Of a DNA stretch of 64,000 bases, positions 9,791-17,154 are shown one piece after another; position 1 is the first letter of the stretch; each line of letters begins with the position of its first letter. The notes under the pieces were generated by a model. The model made no database searches and was not told the DNA's origin. It saw only the letters and a program-made list of their open reading frames with translations. The position numbers were made by a program, and so were the translations under genes. The stretch lies in IMG/VR virus record IMGVR_UViG_3300048672_001051, positions 165,657 to 229,656 of that record; one strand, given 5' to 3'.

Positions 9791-10216
9791 TTATATATAC
9801 CTTAAGTTTTTTACAGATAGAGGTCGGCCATTAATAATAATTCCAGTTTCACTGCTAGTACCATGATACTGACTATTATTAAAAAAATTTAATTCGCCAT
9901 TCCAGTTATCAAAACCTAAAATACAATGGTCTTTAACATAATTAGTTACAGTTAAAGTTTTACCAGAAATAGCTTTACCAGTAGGATATTTATTAAATAT
10001 CCTACTTAGGTTTAGCTCTTCATTTAAATTTAAATTTAAATAAATATGTCTAACTACACACCAAAACAAATTTATATTTGGAGGTTCAGCCAAAAGGCTT
10101 AGTCTTAATACTTCAACACTAACTTGTGTATCATAAGCTAAAGAATCGTAACAGTTATCTTCAGCTATAAGATTATTAATATAGTTTAAAAATTCTTCAC
10201 ATTCTAATATGTCCAT
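9791..10216 (-). CDS. LRxL-array paralog
   Basis: FWCVVRH, YHG, LRYI end. Confidence 0.8.
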   Translation of the reverse strand: MDILECEEFLNYINNLIAEDNCYDSLAYDTQVSVEVLRLSLLAEPPNINLFWCVVRHIYLNLNLNEELNLSRIFNKYPTGKAISGKTLTVTNYVKDHCILGFDNWNGELNFFNNSQYHGTSSETGIIINGRPLSVKNLRYI

Positions 10217-10596
10217 TATAAATACCTTAAGTTAGTAACATTGCACGCGACAGCATTTACATAAAATCTTCTTGTGTGTTGACAATAACCGTGAACTTTA
10301 CCTAAAAATCTAGCGCGGTACAAATAGCCTGATACTCCTGGGAGCCGAATAACGCCAAAAACTATAGAATTACTATTTACGTAAATTTTAAGGTCTTCAG
10401 CATGTCGGTTACAGACTCCAGCTTCATATTCATATAGTGTAAAAGTAAAATTACATAAATATTTAAAGTATCTTGCAACTTCCCAAAATCTTTTGAAAGA
10501 CTTTTTAATTAAAAGATTTTCCAAATATTCATAATCACGGTGGCTTAAGTGTATAAATCTTTCTAAAACTTCAGTTGCTTTTTGAAACTCACTCAT
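10216..10596 (-). CDS. LRxL-array paralog
   Basis: FWEVARY, VHG, LRYL end; start placed at MSEFQ. Confidence 0.8.
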   Translation of the reverse strand: MSEFQKATEVLERFIHLSHRDYEYLENLLIKKSFKRFWEVARYFKYLCNFTFTLYEYEAGVCNRHAEDLKIYVNSNSIVFGVIRLPGVSGYLYRARFLGKVHGYCQHTRRFYVNAVACNVTNLRYL

Positions 10597-10598
10597 TC

Positions 10599-10982
10599 TT
10601 ATAAATACCTTAAATTTGAACATTGAATATAAATATTTTTTATATAAAATTCAGGGTTAGTCAGACTGCCTGAGCAGCCATGTAAAGTATCATTCACGTG
10701 AAATTGCTTTTTTTCGCAGTAGTTGTGTCGCCCAATTCTTTTAAAATTACTGTTAAAATAACAAAATTTTTTGTCTGTTAAATCTAGACTATATCCACTA
10801 TTATATTTTCCAAAAGATACGTCGTACCTAAAACCGTGCTTAATATAACGAGCTACACTCCAAAATTTTTTTAAGTCTCCAGTTATTAAAATATTATTTA
10901 AAGTTTTTAATATACGTGTTGGGTACTTAAGTGTAGCCATATGGTCTATTATTACGTTTGGATCTTCAATAACTTGTAACAT
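10599..10982 (-). CDS. LRxL-array paralog
   Basis: FWSVARY, LHG, LRYL end. Confidence 0.8.
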   Translation of the reverse strand: MLQVIEDPNVIIDHMATLKYPTRILKTLNNILITGDLKKFWSVARYIKHGFRYDVSFGKYNSGYSLDLTDKKFCYFNSNFKRIGRHNYCEKKQFHVNDTLHGCSGSLTNPEFYIKNIYIQCSNLRYL

Positions 10983-10983
10983 T

Positions 10984-11346
10984 TTAAAGCTCTCTTAATT
11001 TTAAATCGTAAATTGGCTTACCGTTAATTTTGAAACCTAAATAACCTGTGCCATGCAATTTATCTTTATTTACAAACAAATGTCCAATTAAACATTTGTT
11101 TAGACCTACTCGCTCACTTTTTGAATTTACGTAAAAAGTTATTTGACTACTCATATTTTGTGAAAAACCAGAAGTGTGTGAATTTAACTTTAAGTGTGGA
11201 CACAGACCTTTTAAAAACCTTGCATATATCCAAAAAAATTTAGTATCACAACTTTTAACAATAGCTTTTAAATTTTTAAAAATAGTGTCATTAGACTCAA
11301 ACTTAATTTCGTTTAAAAAAGTTAATATTTCTAATTCTTGATTCAT
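10984..11346 (-). CDS. LRxL-array paralog
   Basis: FWIYARF, LHG, LREL end. Confidence 0.8.
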   Translation of the reverse strand: MNQELEILTFLNEIKFESNDTIFKNLKAIVKSCDTKFFWIYARFLKGLCPHLKLNSHTSGFSQNMSSQITFYVNSKSERVGLNKCLIGHLFVNKDKLHGTGYLGFKINGKPIYDLKLREL

Positions 11347-11348
11347 GC

Positions 11349-11732
11349 TTATAAATGCCTTAAACTTGTTATAGGTCGACTATTACTTTTTATATAAAAT
11401 TTTTTTGTAAAATTAGAATAGCCGTGTGCATAACCGTCAAGTCTAAATGTTTCACAAGATTTTCTCTCTAAAAGAAAAGTTTTACCAAATTTTCTGCCAG
11501 TACTATTTAAATAGTAAGCCCAATTATTATCTGATCTTTTGGCAAGACCAGACTCATATTCATATAATCCAATAGGAAGTCTTGATTCATATTTAATATA
11601 TCTAGCTATTTCCCAAAATATTTTAAAGCATTTCTGCTTTAAAATATAATTAAGATTAATGCAAATAATTTTGTAGCGCGCAAAATTTTCAAAATATTCT
11701 AAAACTCTGGTTGCTTTTTCAGATTCATTCAT
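11349..11732 (-). CDS. LRxL-array paralog
   Basis: FWEIARY, AHG, LRHL end. Confidence 0.8.
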   Translation of the reverse strand: MNESEKATRVLEYFENFARYKIICINLNYILKQKCFKIFWEIARYIKYESRLPIGLYEYESGLAKRSDNNWAYYLNSTGRKFGKTFLLERKSCETFRLDGYAHGYSNFTKKFYIKSNSRPITSLRHL

Positions 11733-11733
11733 A

Positions 11734-12132
11734 TTACAAGTACCTTAAGCTATTAACATGGTTAATAAAATTATTTAAAAAATATTTTTGCATAGTAAAA
11801 TTATAACCGTGAAGTTTGTTTTGAATAGTGAAATAACGTTGAGGATCTTTTCTATTGTCAACAACTTTACCTACTCGTCTGCTAATAGAATTAACATACG
11901 CATAGTAGGTATTTGAGCTGTTTATAGCTTTTCCAGCGCTATATTCTGCTAAGTCTAAAGTTATTAAAGATTGATATTTTAATTTCAAATATCTTACATA
12001 CTCCCAATAACGTTTAAAAATTCCTGTCTTTAAACCAAAATTATATTGCTCAGTTAAAAACTGCAAATTAAATTTCTCTTTAGAATTTTTAATTTGCATA
12101 AAAATATTTGCACCAAATGTCAAAACATTCAT
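11734..12132 (-). CDS. LRxL-array paralog
   Basis: YWEYVRY, LHG, LRYL end. Confidence 0.8.
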   Translation of the reverse strand: MNVLTFGANIFMQIKNSKEKFNLQFLTEQYNFGLKTGIFKRYWEYVRYLKLKYQSLITLDLAEYSAGKAINSSNTYYAYVNSISRRVGKVVDNRKDPQRYFTIQNKLHGYNFTMQKYFLNNFINHVNSLRYL

Positions 12133-12135
12133 CAG

Positions 12136-12570
12136 TTAAAGCTCTCTTAATTTTAAATTAAAAACATCTTCGTCATTAACACTAAATCCGAGACTATGAG
12201 TACCATGGCAGGTACTGTCTGTACAGTAGTACTTATGATCATCTGACGAGATATGCAAACCTATTGTAAAATTATCAGATTTTATATAACTAGTTGTTAT
12301 AAGTTTTATCGGATCTATAATAGCACCTACTGGGTACTTATTATAAAATTTATCTAAGTCTGCGTACCAACTAAATATATCATATGCATATCTGACTACG
12401 CCCCAAAAAAAGACTGAATTTAGAGGTTTTTGAGTTGCAATAAAATCTAGCCTATTTACAATATCTATAAGTGTTGGTGAACACTCACCTTCAATACTTA
12501 TTTTCACTATCTCTAAAACTTCTTTGAAGTATTTAACAACCTCTAAACACTCTTTTAATTTCAAATCCAT
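12136..12570 (-). CDS. LRxL-array paralog
   Basis: FWGVVRY, CHG, LREL end. Confidence 0.8.
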   Translation of the reverse strand: MDLKLKECLEVVKYFKEVLEIVKISIEGECSPTLIDIVNRLDFIATQKPLNSVFFWGVVRYAYDIFSWYADLDKFYNKYPVGAIIDPIKLITTSYIKSDNFTIGLHISSDDHKYYCTDSTCHGTHSLGFSVNDEDVFNLKLREL

Positions 12571-12571
12571 A

Positions 12572-12964
12572 CTATAAATGCCTTAAATGCAGGTCAATCA
12601 TGTCGCCATTAATAATAAAATAACTTTTATCGAGAGTATTACTTTGTCCATGGCTTGTACCTTTAAAACGAAAGCTGTGAGTTTTAATCCAGCCGGCTGC
12701 TACACAATTACCTAGTCTTATACCTGAAGTTGTACAGTAAAATTTTCCAAAAAATTTATTTGGTACTTGGCTAAAACCTTCAGAATATTTTTTTAAATCT
12801 ACATTTTTCGTATGACAATTTTTTAAATAACGAGCTGCTTGCCAAAATACTTTAGCACTTCTTTCAATATTAATGACATTTAATAAAATTTTATAAGCTT
12901 CCTCATTTTCTTTTTTAAAGTCTGTTAAAACTTTAAAAATTTCTAACGCTTGAACTTCATTCAT
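12572..12964 (-). CDS. LRxL-array paralog
   Basis: FWQAARY, SHG, LRHL end. Confidence 0.8.
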   Translation of the reverse strand: MNEVQALEIFKVLTDFKKENEEAYKILLNVINIERSAKVFWQAARYLKNCHTKNVDLKKYSEGFSQVPNKFFGKFYCTTSGIRLGNCVAAGWIKTHSFRFKGTSHGQSNTLDKSYFIINGDMIDLHLRHL

Positions 12965-12966
12965 AT

Positions 12967-13347
12967 TTACAGATACCTGAGAGATTTGATACGATTAGGA
13001 ATACCGTTTAAATAATATTTTTTATCTATTTGGTCATAGCCGTGAAGCTCACCTTTAATATAAAAATATTCACGATTATCAAAAATAGCGCGACCAAATC
13101 TTTCGAGAGAGCTTGATAAATATCCTGGACGTCTAGACTCTGAATTAAATATAGGTCCAGCAGTGTATTCTTTTAAATCTATTTCATGTCCAGCACACGC
13201 TTTAAAAAATCTCAGTATCATCCAGTATTTTTTAAAATTGGCAGTTTTTAATGCCAATTTAAATTCGTCTTTTAGTTCACTGCCTAGCTTATGACGCGTG
13301 TCCGGAATAAGTTGAAAAATATGCTGTGCAAATAGTTCTTCTCTCAT
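12967..13347 (-). CDS. LRxL-array paralog
   Basis: YWMILRF, LHG, LRYL end. Confidence 0.8.
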   Translation of the reverse strand: MREELFAQHIFQLIPDTRHKLGSELKDEFKLALKTANFKKYWMILRFFKACAGHEIDLKEYTAGPIFNSESRRPGYLSSSLERFGRAIFDNREYFYIKGELHGYDQIDKKYYLNGIPNRIKSLRYL

Positions 13348-13799
13348 TATAACTCTCTTAGTCTTAAAGTATTTTTTAGTGCGCGATCATTTATATTGAA
13401 ACTAATACTATTATTAATACTGCAAGTCCCATGCTTCATATCTTTAAGTCTATAACTTGTACTCTCCAAGTAATAATCCAAACCTATTAGTTTAAAATCT
13501 GTTGTAAGATAACTTACAATTTTTAAATCTGTCGGTGATCTAGCCAAACCTGCAGGATATTTATTTAAAGTTTTGTCGAAATAATAAAAATAATTTGCCA
13601 AATTTAAATAGACATAACGGGTTATCTGCCAAAAACAAATAATACTTGGACTAGGAGATTTAAAAATGTAGTCTAAAATTTTACAAGCAAGCGATAATTC
13701 ATCAATATATTTTATACGAACATTTTTAAGCATTTCAGGCGTTTCTAAATATTCTTTAAAATATCTTAAGATTTTTTCAGAGTCTTCTAGTTGTGTCAT
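13347..13799 (-). CDS. LRxL-array paralog
   Basis: FWQITRY, KHG, LREL end. Confidence 0.8.
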   Translation of the reverse strand: MTQLEDSEKILRYFKEYLETPEMLKNVRIKYIDELSLACKILDYIFKSPSPSIICFWQITRYVYLNLANYFYYFDKTLNKYPAGLARSPTDLKIVSYLTTDFKLIGLDYYLESTSYRLKDMKHGTCSINNSISFNINDRALKNTLRLREL

Positions 13800-13801
13800 A
13801 A

Positions 13802-14179
13802 TTACAAATCTCTCAGTTTTAAATTAGAATTTAAAACACAATTATTTATTTTTAAAATAAATATTTTTGAAGCCTTATTAACATACACGCCGTGCATTCC
13901 ACCGTTATTTTGAAAAAATTTTAAATTAATATTGTCATATTCGCCGAAAGACCTGAGATAACTATTAAAATAATATTTTCGATTAGTGCCAGGCGATACA
14001 TACAAACCAGCTCTTGTTAGAAAATTTGGCCGTACTGGACGGCCAACATCATATTGTAATTCTCTTAAAACACCTAGGAATTTAGTTGTCTCACCGTCAG
14101 CTAACATTTTTAAACATAAAATATATGCATACGTATTTTTCGGAATATTTTGTAATAAATCTAAAAATAATATTTTCAT
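13802..14179 (-). CDS. LRxL-array paralog
   Basis: FLGVLR, MHG, LRDL end. Confidence 0.8.
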   Translation of the reverse strand: MKILFLDLLQNIPKNTYAYILCLKMLADGETTKFLGVLRELQYDVGRPVRPNFLTRAGLYVSPGTNRKYYFNSYLRSFGEYDNINLKFFQNNGGMHGVYVNKASKIFILKINNCVLNSNLKLRDL

Positions 14180-14586
14180 TATAAATGCCTTAATTCTCTA
14201 GTTTTTACATCACGGCTGTTAATAATAAAAATAAAGCCTCTCTCAATGTCAAAAACCCCATGTTTTCGACTTTGTTTGTAATGCCTTCTAGCTACACTAT
14301 TAAATTTAGCCATACCAATTACTTTGTCTTGTTTGTTTACATAATAATGATAATTACCTAATATTGATGTAGCTAAGCCTGAACGCATGTGGCCTATATC
14401 TACACCCGAAGGCTTTATAGCTTTATGGTAATTATAATGTCTAATAATCTCCCAAAATTTTTTAAAATTGTTAGTAGCAATTAAACTTTCTAATTTTCTA
14501 GTAGTTTTTTTGTCAATACTTGGTTGATTATACTCTTGTATAATTTTTAAAATTTCATAAGGATTTGTAGTAATCATTTGCCACAC
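14179..14586 (-). CDS. LRxL-array paralog
   Basis: FWEIIRH, KHG, LRHL end. Confidence 0.8.
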   Translation of the reverse strand: MWQMITTNPYEILKIIQEYNQPSIDKKTTRKLESLIATNNFKKFWEIIRHYNYHKAIKPSGVDIGHMRSGLATSILGNYHYYVNKQDKVIGMAKFNSVARRHYKQSRKHGVFDIERGFIFIINSRDVKTRELRHL

Positions 14587-14598
14587 CTTTGTTAATAT

Positions 14599-14985
14599 TT
14601 ATAAATACCTTAGATTTTTTTTGTAAAAAAAATCATTATTAATATACATGGTAGTAATATTATTCAGGAAAGCCATGCCGTGAAAATAATTATTTTTAAA
14701 AAATAAACATTCTTTATTAATACCAGTCTTGTGTAAACCTATTCTTAAGCCTAAGGAGTTAATATAAAAACTTTCATTGCCTGAGTTTAGGCTAACAAAA
14801 CCGCTTGCCTTACTTCCTAGCGGTATTTTTAAATCATAATTTTGATTAACATACCGACATACTTCCCAAAATTTTTTAGTATTATTTTGATAAATCAATT
14901 GTGATAGTATTGCAGGGTAATCTTTTAAAGTAATATACTTTTTTGTATATTTTTCAACTTCTTTTATAATTTCTAAGGGTTGCAT
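14599..14985 (-). CDS. LRxL-array paralog
   Basis: FWEVCRY, FHG, LRYL end; start placed at MQPLE. Confidence 0.8.
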   Translation of the reverse strand: MQPLEIIKEVEKYTKKYITLKDYPAILSQLIYQNNTKKFWEVCRYVNQNYDLKIPLGSKASGFVSLNSGNESFYINSLGLRIGLHKTGINKECLFFKNNYFHGMAFLNNITTMYINNDFFYKKNLRYL

Positions 14986-14987
14986 TT

Positions 14988-15383
14988 CTAGAGATTCCTT
15001 AAAGACTTTGTTGGGCATTCAGAATTATTAATATAATTTTGAAAATAAGAATTCACAGTACGAACTCCGTGTAATTTTCTATTTTTAAAAAATAATTTTG
15101 CTTTATGATGGATTGATAAACCCACCACCTTACCTTTACTATTTAAATAGTAACTACTAGATAAGTTATGCATACAAGCTAAGCCCACTAAACGTGGGCC
15201 TGTAATATATTTTAAATCAAATTCATTTTTTAAATATCTGTACAGTTCCCAAAATTCTTTAACATTTTTAGTAGTACTTAAAAGATTGTAAACATAATGA
15301 TTACAGTCAGCAGGATCTTTTAAAATTAATTTTAAAAGATCATATATTTCAATAATTTCGTGTTGTTCAATTGTCTTAGTCAC
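14988..15383 (-). CDS. LRxL-array paralog
   Basis: FWELYRY, LHG, LRNL end. Confidence 0.8.
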   Translation of the reverse strand: MTKTIEQHEIIEIYDLLKLILKDPADCNHYVYNLLSTTKNVKEFWELYRYLKNEFDLKYITGPRLVGLACMHNLSSSYYLNSKGKVVGLSIHHKAKLFFKNRKLHGVRTVNSYFQNYINNSECPTKSLRNL

Positions 15384-15752
15384 TTATAAATACCTTAAGC
15401 TCCGCCATGTCAGTAAATTGCCTTTAAGCCAGAATTTATGAAATCTATCATCGCAACCATGCCTATAGCCTTGACAATAAAAAACTCTATCTCGAGAGTT
15501 TCTTGCAAATCCAAATTCTCTAGCTTCTCTATTAATATAACTTAAAAAATTAGAATTAGAGTTATAAATTTTACCAGCAGTATACTCACCTAAAATTAAA
15601 TTAAACTTTTCTGTTTTTTTAATTCTACGAGCTACACTCCAAAATTCTTTAAAATTTTGGTTAAGAAGACATTCTTGCAAAAGTCTAGTGTCAATATGGT
15701 AACTAAATCTTAAGTGGTCTAAAACATTTTTAGCTGATTCTAATTCAGTCAT
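15384..15752 (-). CDS. LRxL-array paralog
   Basis: FWSVARR, RHG, LRYL end. Confidence 0.8.
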   Translation of the reverse strand: MTELESAKNVLDHLRFSYHIDTRLLQECLLNQNFKEFWSVARRIKKTEKFNLILGEYTAGKIYNSNSNFLSYINREAREFGFARNSRDRVFYCQGYRHGCDDRFHKFWLKGNLLTWRSLRYL

Positions 15753-15753
15753 A

Positions 15754-16230
15754 TCATAAATACCTTAGCCTAGTCACATTACTTCGTATTCCATCAATAT
15801 AAAAATCAGGTGCATTGAATCTTTTATATGCGCCATGTCTAATATTATTTTTAAAATAACATGATTCATTATCAGACCTTTGACACAGACCTATCATGCC
15901 ACTATTTTTTAATTTATAATAAAAATTATTATAACGCATAAACTTACCATTAAAATAATGTTGTAAGTTTATTTCAGGGCAATAAGAAGTACTAATATAT
16001 TTTATTTTAGGCCAAAAATTTTTGGTATTATTGTCTGATAGAGCATTTTTAAAAAGTCGCAAAATATCTACAGACTTTAAAGATCTTTGATAAACAGTTC
16101 TAACTATATCTTCACGAGTGTGACACTTTTTTAAAATTTCTTTTGTATTACAAGGATTGTAAAAAAAAGGAAAAGGACTTGGTGACAATATGGTTGAATA
16201 AGCCATAGACGTAATATCTGTAGGGTACAT
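15754..16230 (-). CDS. LRxL-array paralog
   Basis: FWPKIKY, RHG, YIDG, LRYL end. Confidence 0.8.
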   Translation of the reverse strand: MYPTDITSMAYSTILSPSPFPFFYNPCNTKEILKKCHTREDIVRTVYQRSLKSVDILRLFKNALSDNNTKNFWPKIKYISTSYCPEINLQHYFNGKFMRYNNFYYKLKNSGMIGLCQRSDNESCYFKNNIRHGAYKRFNAPDFYIDGIRSNVTRLRYL

Positions 16231-16242
16231 AAAATATCCGTT

Positions 16243-16461
16243 TTAAAGTTGTAATAGTGTAATATTTTTTGAAAGTTTTTTACCAGCTATATATAATGTA
16301 ATATTCTCTTGATCCTGTAGCGAAGAACCATGTCTTCCAGCTATAGAGTTAAAGAAACTTTCAAAAGAGTCCATATATAACCCAACAATTCTTGCCAAAC
16401 TATCTCTAAAATAATTGCCGTATTCGCCAGTATAGTAACCTGCAACTTCAGATTTTTCCAT
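16243..16461 (-). CDS. LRxL-array paralog, N-terminally truncated first member
   Basis: Only the G/HG/YIAG half is present; FW helix missing; LLQL end. Confidence 0.65.
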   Translation of the reverse strand: MEKSEVAGYYTGEYGNYFRDSLARIVGLYMDSFESFFNSIAGRHGSSLQDQENITLYIAGKKLSKNITLLQL

Positions 16462-16620
16462 AAAAATGACTCGTTATTGTAAACAAAAAAGGGGTTTTAA
16501 GCTAAGATGCTAAAGCTTTGCACCCCTTAAAATAAGTATACTTAAATAATATTGCTTAAAAAAATGACTCGTTATTGTGATAGAAAAATTTTTTAAAAAC
16601 AATTCTAACAACAATAACGA
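16462..16620. promoter_or_regulatory. 19-bp direct repeat plus inverted half-site at the head of the array
   Basis: AAAAATGACTCGTTATTGT at 16462-16480 and 16560-16578; inverted ACAATAACGA at 16611-16620; terminator-like AAGGGG...CCCCTT hairpin between the copies. Confidence 0.55.
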
Positions 16621-16654
16621 TAAAAAATAAAAAGTCAAAAAAGCCTTATAGCTC

Positions 16655-16948
16655 TTAAAGCTTTAAAAAGAATTTATTAGAATTTTCTAAATTAGAAAGC
16701 AGATATACGTGCTTAATATTCAGAAAAGAGTCAATAAATGAATAACCTAAAATATTATTTTGATTTGAAGTTTTAAGAACCTTCAAATCTTTAATAAGAT
16801 TCAAATTATTAATGAAATAATTCAAATAACTATGATTACCTTGAACATTTGGAAAATTAGAATATAAATCTTCTAAAATTTTCCGAGTAGTATTCAAGTT
16901 ACGAGCACGTGTTAAAACATACCGCGGGCGAGTCATTAAAACCTCCAC
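16655..16948 (-). CDS. Hypothetical protein
   Basis: 97-aa ORF; GGAGG precedes an internal ATG (MTRPR). Confidence 0.55.
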   Translation of the reverse strand: MEVLMTRPRYVLTRARNLNTTRKILEDLYSNFPNVQGNHSYLNYFINNLNLIKDLKVLKTSNQNNILGYSFIDSFLNIKHVYLLSNLENSNKFFLKL

Positions 16949-17114
16949 AAAAAGAAAGAATTTTTGATACGGTAAACCAGAGATTGGGGGATTGTTTGCA
17001 CTAGTCCAAGGGGGTTAGACCAGAATTGCAAATAAAAGAACCACTACTACATAAGTTTTCCAAGACTACTCTAACGATCTTCAATGATCATTGATGCTAT
17101 AATGCTTTTTAATT

Positions 17115-17144
17115 GGTGTTTCGGAAGTTAACTTCCGAAACACC
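17115..17144. terminator. Perfect 30-bp palindrome after RNAP2
   Basis: GGTGTTTCGGAAGTT-AACTTCCGAAACACC, 10 bp past the stop codon; no U tract on the minus strand. Confidence 0.5.
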
Positions 17145-17154
17145 GTGTTAAGGA

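Larger units (their letters stand above)
2426..16461 (-). repeat. Tandem array of 35 diverged paralogous small genes
   Basis: Consecutive ORFs of 117-161 aa (first member 72 aa) separated by 0-20 bp. Most share (K/N)xFWxxxRY, G-x-beta strands, HG, (Y/F)IxG and a C-terminal LR(Y/E/D/N/H)L-stop. Confidence 0.92.

Noticed and set aside
2426-16461. Integron cassette array or DGR target array
   Set aside because: Spacers are 0-20 bp with no attC-like palindromes, and no integrase, reverse transcriptase or TR/VR pair is visible in the window.
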